Shown here one piece after another: positions 10,150 to 19,642 of a stretch of DNA of 64,000 bases. This DNA is from a plasmid. The position numbers were made by a program, and so were the translations under genes. The first letter of the stretch is position 1, and each line of letters begins with the position of its first letter. The notes under the pieces were generated by a model. It ran no database searches. It saw only the letters and a program-made list of their open reading frames with translations, and had not been told where the DNA came from. The DNA is taken from the sequence record NZ_CP148139.1; one strand, given 5' to 3'.

Positions 10150-10204
10150 TCCAGAAAAGGTTCAGAAAAAGTCATTTTAACATAAACTAATTATACCGTA
10201 ACCA

Positions 10205-10312
10205 CCCTATTGGTGACTTAATGTCTCGATTACAATAAGTCGTAACTACTGTTTTGGTGACTTAATATGTGAGATACATTAAGTCACCAAAACCCCCTTG
10301 GTGACTTAATGT
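10205..10312. promoter_or_regulatory. array of four TTGGTGACTTAAT boxes (three direct, one inverted, forming a 12-bp palindrome)
   Basis: Read directly from the sequence: 10213-10232, then the palindrome tggtgacttaat-N13-attaagtcacca, then a further copy at ~10290. Confidence 0.45.
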
Positions 10313-10550
10313 TTTTTGAAAATGTGCCGATAACAATTTTGGTGCAGAAGAAAGAATTGTCTTTCGTAAGCCATAAAACACCTATTTTCGACTTAATGCG
10401 AATGTTATTAATTTCTTTGGATAATAAGTATCATGCTACTAATTATTTTTGTTATGTAACATGTTGAATATAAGTGAAATTTTACTCCCTCTCTGTTTAC
10501 GTATACTGTAAATAAATGTATAATAAATTGCATTAGTCGTAGATAGTGTG

Positions 10551-10579
10551 TTGACGACTAATGTATGTCTTACTATAAT
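10551..10579 (+). promoter_or_regulatory. sigma70-like promoter
   Basis: TTGACG, a 17-nt spacer, then TATAAT, about 45 bp upstream of the SLT gene ATG. Confidence 0.45.
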
Positions 10580-10623
10580 TTATACTGATATATACGTATA
10601 TGCTCAGAATAAGTGAGGGGAGG

Positions 10624-11172
10624 ATGAAACGCTTTCTTCTGTTTTTAAGCATTTTTAATGCTGCGATTTGCGAGGCTGCTGTTGTAGATTTAACTAATAC
10701 CTCGTGGGAAAAGCACGCTAAACAATGTAACCTCGATCCGCTTTTACTCTATGCTATTGCTCTTAAAGAGAGCTCCCATAGAACAGCCGATAAATCCTTT
10801 GTTGCACCCCATCGCTATGCTTTAAATAACCCAATTATGGGCTCTTATTATCCGGTGAACCGAGATGATGCTGTCCGAAAAGTGCGGGAATATGTAAGCG
10901 TTTCAGCATTGACTGATATCGGTATTACACAAATTAATTGGCGTTGGAACGGTAGTAATTATGTTTCTGACCCTGCTGAGTTATTAGATGTAGATAAGAA
11001 CATTGAGGTATCAGCGAAGGTCTTGTGTCGAGCGATTGAACTATCTCCAAATGATATAGCGCAAGCCATCGGTAATTATCACACACCAAATCCAGCGTTA
11101 AAGAACAAAGCTAAAGAATATGGTGAATCAGTTCTGCTCATATGGAAAAGATTGAAAGAAAATGAACAATAA
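10624..11172 (+). CDS. lytic transglycosylase (SLT domain), secreted
   Basis: Signal peptide 'MKRFLLFLSIFNAAICEA'. 'ALKESSHR' and 'IGITQINWRW' are consistent with the SLT catalytic Glu and the GLMQ-like region. A strong SD 'gaggggagg' precedes the ATG at 10624. Confidence 0.6.
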   Translation: MKRFLLFLSIFNAAICEAAVVDLTNTSWEKHAKQCNLDPLLLYAIALKESSHRTADKSFVAPHRYALNNPIMGSYYPVNRDDAVRKVREYVSVSALTDIGITQINWRWNGSNYVSDPAELLDVDKNIEVSAKVLCRAIELSPNDIAQAIGNYHTPNPALKNKAKEYGESVLLIWKRLKENEQ

Positions 11173-11716
11173 AATAAATTGCTACAACACTGAAATGACT
11201 GATGTACTTTTCAGTTTATTAAGTAATTCTGAAAGAGTTGATAATAATCCATTTGTGGTCGTCAATTCTGACAAAACCTGTTTTGTTGAAGATTTTTCCA
11301 TTATGAGAGATTTTTTCAGTGGATTGAAAGTGCCTGCTTATATATTAAGCTATAAAGAGGATTCTCAGTCTTTATATACTAAGAAAGACCCAAATTTTAA
11401 AAAATCTCTGTTGGATGTTTCATTTTTGCGTTTAACAATGCTAATTGAATCAGCAATTATTAATAGCATGTCTGGCACAGATACTAATCATTTCTTTTGG
11501 TTTAATGATTGTCAGTCATACAATACAATTAATAAGTTTTCTTTTAAGGAAATACTGTTTTCTTTGTATTCAAAGCAAATAAATATTTCTCCAATTTACA
11601 GACCTTCGATTATATCAACTAGATTAGTCGATAGTGATGGTTATCATAAAAAATATGATGATGTATTATTCTATCTTAAATCTAGAGCGCGCTTATGTGG
11701 AAAGGTGTTTAAATGA
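11162..11716 (+). CDS. putative SetD/AcaD-like (FlhD-family) activator subunit
   Basis: Assigned by position only: it lies immediately upstream of, and translationally coupled to, the FlhC-like gene. No sequence motif confirmed. Confidence 0.3.
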   Translation: MNNKINCYNTEMTDVLFSLLSNSERVDNNPFVVVNSDKTCFVEDFSIMRDFFSGLKVPAYILSYKEDSQSLYTKKDPNFKKSLLDVSFLRLTMLIESAIINSMSGTDTNHFFWFNDCQSYNTINKFSFKEILFSLYSKQINISPIYRPSIISTRLVDSDGYHKKYDDVLFYLKSRARLCGKVFK

Positions 11717-12273
11717 AATTAACTATTGCGCCAGAAGATTATCAATTAGCAATTGATATGATAAAACTTGGATTTAGAAAGAATGTAATATTGTCTGAGA
11801 TTCCAGCAATATCTCCACGTATGTATGGATGTTTACGAAATGATTCAGGAATTGATAATGAGGATAATGATTTTACGTTAGGACGACTAAGAAAAATTAG
11901 CACTATATTAGCTAATCAACATGATAAACGATCTGCTACTGATTTTTTACATGTATATTTAATGACTGCACAAGATCCAGAAAATAGATTGCAAATAGAA
12001 GAATTGGTTGGTGCTTATAAAGCATACCGCCATTTATTTAATGTTCATTGTGGTTTCTTTGATGATCCATTAAAGAAACACATAATTGATCCGAACTTGG
12101 CATGGCAAATTGCAACCAATTACCGAAATGGAATAATTGGTTTAACTGGCTGTTTTGAGTGTCGGCAGAAATATATCTATCTTACACACGAATCAGAGGA
12201 TTCCTGCAATATGAAATGTCCTTATTGCTCTGAATCTAAAGAAAATGAATTCATTAATAATAAGGGTGAATAA
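11713..12273 (+). CDS. FlhC-family transcriptional activator (SetC/AcaC-like)
   Basis: 'QLAIDMIKLGFR' parallels FlhC 'QLAMELITLGAR'. A C-terminal four-Cys zinc site 'CFEC...C..CPYC' is present, as in FlhC. Confidence 0.6.
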   Translation: MKLTIAPEDYQLAIDMIKLGFRKNVILSEIPAISPRMYGCLRNDSGIDNEDNDFTLGRLRKISTILANQHDKRSATDFLHVYLMTAQDPENRLQIEELVGAYKAYRHLFNVHCGFFDDPLKKHIIDPNLAWQIATNYRNGIIGLTGCFECRQKYIYLTHESEDSCNMKCPYCSESKENEFINNKGE

Positions 12274-13112
12274 TGAAAAGTTGTAAAATGATTACAGGAA
12301 TTCTATTTTCATTAGTGTTATCCGGCTGTGCTAATAATGAAAATAGTAATTGGATATATAATAATGAGGCTTCAAAACCAGTGGTTGAAAATGGAAGTGA
12401 AGCTCTCAAAATTGCTAAATCAATAGGGTTGAATAATCTAGATGATGATGCGGATAATTACACAATCTTTGCTGTGTTAGTACCAAGTCAGAAAGGAAAT
12501 TCATTAAAAAAAATTAAGGAACCTATTGTTGTAAGCGATACAAAAGGGATGGATCAGTTAAGAGAAATCATCTCACAAAGTAAGAATGCAGTAAATGTAG
12601 TGGATCTTACCCTTGCTGCAACAGTAAACCCTGTTTTTGGGCTCTTAGCTTTTGATACAAGCACACCAGAAGAACGAGCGCCTATGATGGAAGGTCGTTT
12701 ACTAGTAACCGAATGGGGATCTACACCGCTGAGTTTCAGTGACCAACTTTTGAAAACGAAGCGTATTAACTCTGTCTTTGATAAATACTTATCAAATGCA
12801 ATTAAAGCTGAAGTGGCTGGAAATGTTTTAGCATGTAACGCTGCTAAATTTGTATCTGTTACTGAAAATAGAAATATTTCCGATCAGAATCTATATGTAA
12901 ATGTGCATCAAGCACCATTCACTAATCTGAAGTATTCATATAATTATACGGATCATGAGTGTGTTCATTATTTACACGATACTGGTAGGTATGAGGAAGA
13001 ATTCAAGAAAATTAGTGTTGAGTTAGGTCCTGAAACCGTACTGTTTTTGCCGAGCAATTTGAAAAGTGAGCCAAAAATAATACGGAATGGTCAGGTATAT
13101 AAATTTAGATAA
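12273..13112 (+). CDS. putative lipoprotein (279 aa)
   Basis: Lipobox 'VLSGCANN'. Last gene of the plus-strand operon before the bidirectional terminator. Confidence 0.5.
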   Translation: MKSCKMITGILFSLVLSGCANNENSNWIYNNEASKPVVENGSEALKIAKSIGLNNLDDDADNYTIFAVLVPSQKGNSLKKIKEPIVVSDTKGMDQLREIISQSKNAVNVVDLTLAATVNPVFGLLAFDTSTPEERAPMMEGRLLVTEWGSTPLSFSDQLLKTKRINSVFDKYLSNAIKAEVAGNVLACNAAKFVSVTENRNISDQNLYVNVHQAPFTNLKYSYNYTDHECVHYLHDTGRYEEEFKKISVELGPETVLFLPSNLKSEPKIIRNGQVYKFR

Positions 13113-13146
13113 AAAAAATCCCGCTAATAAGCGGGATTTTTTTTAT
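13112..13146. terminator. bidirectional rho-independent terminator
   Basis: aaaaaaaa-tcccgc-taataa-gcggga-tttttttt, placed between convergent genes. Confidence 0.7.
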
Positions 13147-15918
13147 CTATTCATCTTTAACACTTAACCTTGTTTTCGCTCTTTGTCTAACTTCTTCTAA
13201 ATCTGTACCTTCAACCCCTCTGGTAAATCGCTCGACAGAGTTTACTCGCTTTCCATCAGCATTGAGTGTACTTCCAGAACCCGTATATTTATCGAGGTCA
13301 AATTCTTTGAAATCAGGAAGCATGTCGGCTTCTTTAAGAGTTGCGGTCCATTCAGAAAAGTCTATTTTGGTGAAGTCTACTTTATCCATATCTGCTAATG
13401 TAATTCCTTCACAATTCGGATTTTTTGTATCACCGTATCCTATTGTTCCTCTAACGTGCTCAGTGATTATTCTGGCTACCTGAGAGTTATACGCACAGTA
13501 GCTACTTTTCTTTTCGATACATGCGCCAAGGACCTTCTTAGAACACCAACTGTCTACCTTTGTCGCTAACTTAGTTTCTTTTTTGATTGCCAGTTTGAAT
13601 TCTTCATCGGTACAAGCCCATATAATATTCACCAATAGGTTTGCCATTTGGTATGCCAAGTATGCATATCCGACAACTGACATGGCTGTTGTGATCGTTG
13701 ATGAAAGTTGCACTACTGAAGCACCTGAGCTAGCCCCTCCGTTTTCTGCTAATGATTGAGTTGCAGTTTTTCCGCCTTCAGTAGCTGCGGATTGGAAAAT
13801 AGCGTTTGTAACAGCCTCACCGAAGGTGTTTGCAGTCCATTCGGCAACTTTGGTTGTTAGGTTGTTAAGCGCTGCTGTTGTCATCGAGACAACGCCTTTT
13901 TCAGCGACTCCTTGAGCTACTTCAGCACCGGCATTTCCAACAAAAGAGTTAAAAGCGGAAATAGCAGGTTTTGTAATAGCTTCCACCGCATCCATAGCTG
14001 CTGTGCTTGCCATATCAAATAAGCCTACACCACCATCAAACAACCCTGCTTCTATCGCTAAGGCATCTGCCGCTCTCATAGTCATCATTGAAAGCTGTAC
14101 GTATTCTATCCAGCTCACACCGACCGGTTGATCACAACAATCTACCCATCCTCCCATTGCCGTTCGGCATGTCAGAGCTTCACCTTTGAAAATGACACAT
14201 TGCTCTTTATTCAAAGAAGATTCACCGTTGTTTGCTTCTTCTGCATCAGCACAATTCGTATCTGCCAATGCAAAAGATGCCGCATTCAACATAGCAGCCG
14301 CTGTTGCAAAATCACCATTCTCTTGAGATGAAGGACGTAAACATGATCCATTTAGACATTGTACAGCGCCGTCACAAATTAGCTTTTCATGGACTGCGCC
14401 ATTATTAAAGGTAACATCTTTTCCACAATCCCATGTTTCACTAGATTGCCAGCAACCAGCAATATCACCTTCTTTTCCTGTTAAACATTGAGATTTTATA
14501 AACGAACAACCTTGCTTCTCGTATTTCTTGCATGTGTTGTTTACCCCATGCTCTTTACCGCAATGCGTGATCACTTCTGCTCTCTTACAGAATGGTGATA
14601 TTTTATCTAACGGAGGTGGTACGAAGTCCTCTTTACAGAGTTTGACACCATCTATGACAGCACAACCGTCTTTATCGGGGATTATTGTGTCATGACAAAC
14701 AACAGTGTAATCCTGACAAAATCCTTCTTTAATGGCTTTTACAGCCTTGTTAAATTCACTTTGCTGTGGCGAGCTCCAGACATCATTAGTAAGTGCTTTT
14801 TTCTTATCAAATTGAATGCGTAATTGTGCAAAGCCTTCACCTGCACCGGTTACTGATACTCTGTTTTTAAAAAATACCTCATCATTCGGTTGGACTTTAC
14901 TAAATTTTTCAGTCACATCAACATTTAACTGCTGATCCCAACTCGTTGAAAGTTCGCACCGACCAGGAGTTTCAGGTGGAAAAACATCTTTTCCGTGTGG
15001 TCCACCCCATACCTGTTCAAGATCAGTGCTTGTACCAGCATAGATTTGCATGTAATCATCCCATTTAGCGCGGGTTATTTTTGCGCTAATAACAGCGGTT
15101 GGGTTAATAACATTCACAGACATATAATCTTCAAATATTCGGCAGTTACCTTTCCAATAGTCATCACCTACTTTTCCTAACCAGATATCAACACATGTCT
15201 CACCACAGGTTTTAATATTTGCAGGACCTGAATTATGAGATACCAAACCTGCTAAATATGGATGATTAACTATGTAACCACCTGTCACATCGACTGTTTT
15301 TGTGCATTCCTTATAATCAGGTATGTGCTTTTTATCTACATAATCCTCAAATACCTGTTTTGTTTCGCATTTTGAAATAGCATCGGAATATTTTTTTTCA
15401 TTTGAGAGAAAATCGTTATGAACATTAAAAACATCATCATCTTTGTTAATGTCAATTGAGGAGTGACGGGATGCCCCTACTAAAGTTCGGTATGCCTCTC
15501 CTTTGGGGCTTTGTTCTGTTTTCAGTTTTTTTGATTCATGAAACCCAATTTCATTTGTTTTGCTATCATTGCCATAGACGTTTGATACATCATCTACCCC
15601 CATAGCAAAGCTGTCTTTATAATAAATATTGTTAAAATTGACAGATTCACCTTTACCAAATTGTGAAGTACCTTTCGAATCTACATTTAGGCTTGGTAAT
15701 GTTTTATAAAAATTTAAAGCCTCTTTAGCTGTGTCATGACCAGCAGTAACTCCCTCCAGATTATTTTTATCTGTCTGATATTTACCTGTGTTTTCTGGAG
15801 GTTTTGTCGAAACTTCAGCAAATGAGTTAACGGGTGTTATCATCACTGAGAGATAGGCTATTAGTGATAAATGTGTCACCACCGAAGAAAAATTTCTTCT
15901 CCTAAAATTTTGAATCAT
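13147..15918 (-). CDS. traN: mating-pair stabilisation protein TraN (cysteine-rich outer-membrane protein)
   Basis: Signal peptide present. About 30 Cys are concentrated in the central and C-terminal region, including a 'GGWVDCCDQP' block. The size (923 aa) fits SXT/R27-type TraN. The position after traG is unusual. Confidence 0.55.
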   Translation of the reverse strand: MIQNFRRRNFSSVVTHLSLIAYLSVMITPVNSFAEVSTKPPENTGKYQTDKNNLEGVTAGHDTAKEALNFYKTLPSLNVDSKGTSQFGKGESVNFNNIYYKDSFAMGVDDVSNVYGNDSKTNEIGFHESKKLKTEQSPKGEAYRTLVGASRHSSIDINKDDDVFNVHNDFLSNEKKYSDAISKCETKQVFEDYVDKKHIPDYKECTKTVDVTGGYIVNHPYLAGLVSHNSGPANIKTCGETCVDIWLGKVGDDYWKGNCRIFEDYMSVNVINPTAVISAKITRAKWDDYMQIYAGTSTDLEQVWGGPHGKDVFPPETPGRCELSTSWDQQLNVDVTEKFSKVQPNDEVFFKNRVSVTGAGEGFAQLRIQFDKKKALTNDVWSSPQQSEFNKAVKAIKEGFCQDYTVVCHDTIIPDKDGCAVIDGVKLCKEDFVPPPLDKISPFCKRAEVITHCGKEHGVNNTCKKYEKQGCSFIKSQCLTGKEGDIAGCWQSSETWDCGKDVTFNNGAVHEKLICDGAVQCLNGSCLRPSSQENGDFATAAAMLNAASFALADTNCADAEEANNGESSLNKEQCVIFKGEALTCRTAMGGWVDCCDQPVGVSWIEYVQLSMMTMRAADALAIEAGLFDGGVGLFDMASTAAMDAVEAITKPAISAFNSFVGNAGAEVAQGVAEKGVVSMTTAALNNLTTKVAEWTANTFGEAVTNAIFQSAATEGGKTATQSLAENGGASSGASVVQLSSTITTAMSVVGYAYLAYQMANLLVNIIWACTDEEFKLAIKKETKLATKVDSWCSKKVLGACIEKKSSYCAYNSQVARIITEHVRGTIGYGDTKNPNCEGITLADMDKVDFTKIDFSEWTATLKEADMLPDFKEFDLDKYTGSGSTLNADGKRVNSVERFTRGVEGTDLEEVRQRAKTRLSVKDE

Positions 15919-16076
15919 TTTCTTTCCTCATGGTTTTCAGATCATCACATGATAAACACCTTACATTTTTGTTTTTCAGGATAAATACTTAGAAAAGGGT
16001 TCTATTTAGCATGTAATTTTTTATCAAATAAGGTATGATTTGATGGTATATAAATTAATCAGTTGAGGGGGGCGAT

Positions 16077-16331
16077 ATGTCTTTTAATCACGGTTTCATA
16101 TACAGACGACCGCGTTATTATCACTTCACCCGTTCGTGTAAGTGTCATGCGGAGAGAATGCAAAAAACAGAACAACAAGCCGCAGAACAGCGTCAACATG
16201 ATATTGATTTATATGGCTCTGCTTATGTTAGGAAGCGTGAAAACGGTTCTGGTTTCGGTAGTTTTTTAGAAGATTATGGATTAGGTATTGCTATCGTCGT
16301 TTTTCTGGTGTTTTTTTTAATGCCAATTTGA
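16077..16331 (+). CDS. small protein with C-terminal TM helix (84 aa); possible entry-exclusion-like gene
   Basis: Strong SD 'gagggggg' 6 nt before the ATG. C-terminal hydrophobic 'IAIVVFLVFFLMPI'. Sits convergent at the 3' end of traG. Confidence 0.25.
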   Translation: MSFNHGFIYRRPRYYHFTRSCKCHAERMQKTEQQAAEQRQHDIDLYGSAYVRKRENGSGFGSFLEDYGLGIAIVVFLVFFLMPI

Positions 16332-16389
16332 GTAACGCTGATCATAAAGATAAGGCAAAAACACAATGTTTTTGCCTTTTTTATATCCG

Positions 16390-19300
16390 TTATCGTGGTT
16401 TAATTTGTTCTACTCTTGGCATTGGATTACCTTTTGTAATAATTGCTTTATCTTCACCAGAACCTTCTGATTTTTCTGGTTTTTCTGGTATAGAACTAGG
16501 TGAGAGATCAGTACCGGTAATTATATCTCGACGACTTCTTTGAGGAATTTGATTGCCGTTACCACCAGCTAATGTGTTGTTGGTAATGTTTAATTGAGTA
16601 TTTCCAGACCCAGTTCTTGCTTCAATTTGCACATTATTAAGTGCGCTGTAAAGTTGGTCACGGCTAGCATTACCACCATTTTCATAATATGTATTTGCGA
16701 AATTTGTTGCTGCTTCATTAATTTGATTAATAGAGGTGGAATTTTTAGCAATAGCTGCATATTTTGCCAGACCGTCAGTAATATTGTTGGACTGCTCATA
16801 CGGCATAGTTGCAGCGTTTACTGACTTCATAGAATTTAAATTTGCTGTTGTATCTGATTCTATATTGTTTTGGTCTGCACCCACGTTACTAACTGAATTG
16901 GTCAATGCATTCATGCTAGTAGCAACACTTGTACCTTCATTTGAAATTATTCGAGAACTATTTTCTGATACCGAGCTACCATGTAATTGCTCTCTAGCTC
17001 TCCTAGATTCTGAATAATGCTCAGCCATACCTAGTCCTGCATTATTTTTGGCTGACTCATCTTCTATATTAGCCTGTTGGCTGTTTAGGTACTGTTGGGC
17101 TTGAGCAGTTGTATTAACGAACTTGGTATTAACAGCCCCCTGATTATTCACAATATTTTCTTGAACTTTTGTCTCTGTATTTTGTGCAACATTCATGTTT
17201 CTACTTTCTTCGCCATTCATTGCACCGGTAGGGTTTGTTGCAGGACCGAACAATTCGCCAAAGTGATTAGCTAAACCACCAGTATCATTTGCCGCATATA
17301 TTGTCGCAGCGCTTTCTGCATCTGAAGCTCCCATAATGGAACTAAGCTGCTGTTGGTATTCTTTTTTTCTGTTTTGAAATTCATCATTACTTAGGTTTTC
17401 GTTATTGATTTTGTCTATAACATTACTGTTTTCATTTGCTAAAGTTGCCACCTGACCTGCGGTATAAGACTGTTTGGTAGATACTGAATTATTCGCAGAA
17501 ACAGTATCACTATATGATTCTTGTGCTGTTTCTGCTTGTGAAGCGGCTTGTCGGATGCTTTGAGCAAGTTGTGCTGTTTCTTGAGTACCACCATGTTTAT
17601 CAAGCTGATCCGCAATGTGTTCAGCAAATTGAATGTTATTAGATACACTAGTTGCGTCATTCGTTGCAACAGAGTCATTTGTCATTATGCCGGTTGTTTG
17701 AGCTCCGGAATTACGGTGAATATCGGAGGATTGAGCGCTAACGGCAGTGCTACCACCAATAGAAACTCCTTTACCACCAGCACCACCCGTTTCTGGAGAA
17801 CCTACACCCATACCACCTGATACGCTTGCGTCACCGGATAAAGCCGTAATTTTGGCACTCTCATCAATAGTGGAAGATGTATTACCAGTTGTGAGCATCG
17901 AACCACTATTGGATGAATTGCTAACTGTATTGCTCAAACCTGTATCACTATTGATGGTAGATCCGTAGTTATGAGATGTATTTATCCCCATAGAACTCAA
18001 AGAACTAACACCTTTATCAATAGCAGAAGTTAAAGTTTCTTGAGCTGTAATATTTCTGCTGGAAGCAGATTGTATAGCTTGTTGTCGCGTATTTGATAAG
18101 TCCAGTTTTGGAGCAGTGCTATTCCCGCCAGTTATCGTTGATACTGCATTATGTGCTGATTGTTCAGTAACTGCTGATTGCTTGTGTAAAGCAGGAGAAT
18201 CAGTAGCATCTGGAGTCATTGGTGACGTATCAGGAGCACCAGTTGTTGATAGACCTTTTGTTAATCCCGTGAAAGCATAAGAGGAACCAAACACCACAAA
18301 TGCGCCCAACATCGGTACTGATGCCATCATGTGCCCTGCTATGGCGATATTTTTCTGTGTAACAAATAACAAATGGTATAAATCGGAGAAACTAGAAGCA
18401 CCAGAAACCAGCACTGAGATATCAGACTGTGTTTTAGTTAACATAATAGCGTTCATGATCGCCAGCAACGGTTGCCATGTTTGAATCCACAAAAGCACCA
18501 GAACGTATTTAAGGCTCAAACCTACGCCCATTAATCCGAATGCTAAAGCGAAGGCAACAAATGGCACCAGACCGTATACAGCCGCCTGTATAAAAGACTG
18601 AAGATACTGAATCCAAATTAGAAATGACGAACCTTCAGACGCCCATTTGAATGATTGTTGAATTTGCGACTGTGATTTAGCAACTGCCGCATATGAGTGA
18701 TAGGCGTTTTCATTAGCGGTTTGTGGCATATTAACAACGAATGGGTACATTAATAGCTGTGCTTGAAAATCCCGTAGGTTTTTCCCAGTTGCTCCAAAAA
18801 ATGTCATTGCTTCAGTCATGGTTTTGTTTGCAAAAGGCAGTGAACACTGGTTCTTTGAGCCATATGTTTTACATTTTTCACTAAACCCATTTCTTACACT
18901 GAGCACACCTTTACCGATTGAGTCAGCTTGTCCGCCAACCATAAGCCTGATACTTTTCATTGCCTCAAGACAGGACACATCATCAACTTTACCGTTTACT
19001 TCAATGGCAATAGTTCTGTTCGGGCTTGTTGCTAGTTGATCATCAAATGGCTTATTCATGATCCCCATGAAACTTTGAGCCCCTCTTGCAATATCAAATG
19101 CAAGACATTGATTTGTGTAAACCTTTATAGCTTCCTCTAAGTGAGCACTTTTGCTATCGCCACTGGACCAAATTAACGGATCTCGCATTGCATCAAACAT
19201 TGATGCAAGGGTATACAATGGGTCAACGGGACCGTTTTCAGTCATGCTTGGCATTGAAAATGCCTGTTCCATTTTTCGTGTAAACTGATAACCAGTATTG

Positions 19301-19623
19301 CTGATAATTGATGCTGTAAAACCAACACCGAAAGGTACATTATCAACAGCCCGTACTTCGCCGGTTGTAACATCTTCAATCGTGACTCTTGTTGTAACTT
19401 GAAAGAAGCATAAAAATAGAACTACTGATACGGCAGCTTGTTGAAATGCTATGGTTTTACCACCATCAGCGGCAGATTTTATTACATATCCGATGATAGA
19501 TAACAAAAAAGCGATTTTAAATGATCCTGCCAAGACACCATCGTTACTGAGCATACTAAGCCCGTTAAACACCATTGAAAGCGCCGAAGCTCCACCAGAT
19601 GATGTGTATACGTGAAAATCCAT
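16390..19623 (-). CDS. traG: TraG (F-type, N-terminal polytopic membrane domain, long low-complexity C-terminal region)
   Basis: The N-terminal ~450 aa contain multiple TM helices typical of TraG_N. The C-terminal ~600 aa are rich in Ser, Thr, Asn and Gln. Its position after traH fits the usual order. Confidence 0.7.
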   Translation of the reverse strand: MDFHVYTSSGGASALSMVFNGLSMLSNDGVLAGSFKIAFLLSIIGYVIKSAADGGKTIAFQQAAVSVVLFLCFFQVTTRVTIEDVTTGEVRAVDNVPFGVGFTASIISNTGYQFTRKMEQAFSMPSMTENGPVDPLYTLASMFDAMRDPLIWSSGDSKSAHLEEAIKVYTNQCLAFDIARGAQSFMGIMNKPFDDQLATSPNRTIAIEVNGKVDDVSCLEAMKSIRLMVGGQADSIGKGVLSVRNGFSEKCKTYGSKNQCSLPFANKTMTEAMTFFGATGKNLRDFQAQLLMYPFVVNMPQTANENAYHSYAAVAKSQSQIQQSFKWASEGSSFLIWIQYLQSFIQAAVYGLVPFVAFALAFGLMGVGLSLKYVLVLLWIQTWQPLLAIMNAIMLTKTQSDISVLVSGASSFSDLYHLLFVTQKNIAIAGHMMASVPMLGAFVVFGSSYAFTGLTKGLSTTGAPDTSPMTPDATDSPALHKQSAVTEQSAHNAVSTITGGNSTAPKLDLSNTRQQAIQSASSRNITAQETLTSAIDKGVSSLSSMGINTSHNYGSTINSDTGLSNTVSNSSNSGSMLTTGNTSSTIDESAKITALSGDASVSGGMGVGSPETGGAGGKGVSIGGSTAVSAQSSDIHRNSGAQTTGIMTNDSVATNDATSVSNNIQFAEHIADQLDKHGGTQETAQLAQSIRQAASQAETAQESYSDTVSANNSVSTKQSYTAGQVATLANENSNVIDKINNENLSNDEFQNRKKEYQQQLSSIMGASDAESAATIYAANDTGGLANHFGELFGPATNPTGAMNGEESRNMNVAQNTETKVQENIVNNQGAVNTKFVNTTAQAQQYLNSQQANIEDESAKNNAGLGMAEHYSESRRAREQLHGSSVSENSSRIISNEGTSVATSMNALTNSVSNVGADQNNIESDTTANLNSMKSVNAATMPYEQSNNITDGLAKYAAIAKNSTSINQINEAATNFANTYYENGGNASRDQLYSALNNVQIEARTGSGNTQLNITNNTLAGGNGNQIPQRSRRDIITGTDLSPSSIPEKPEKSEGSGEDKAIITKGNPMPRVEQIKPR

Positions 19624-19642
19624 TACTGATTACTCCGATTGA

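Noticed and set aside
13147-15918. The alternative that the 923-aa Cys-rich protein is not TraN, given its non-canonical position after traG
   Set aside because: A signal peptide, about 30 clustered cysteines, size, and the absence of any other TraN candidate among the tra genes make TraN the most economical assignment. I retained it at moderate confidence.
16594-19039. Several 60-100-aa plus-strand ORFs inside traG, and similar antisense ORFs inside traN, traC, traI and the vWA gene
   Set aside because: They lie wholly within long, well-supported minus-strand genes and lack RBSs. They are low-complexity and Cys/Ser-rich because they mirror the sense-strand composition. I treat them as spurious.
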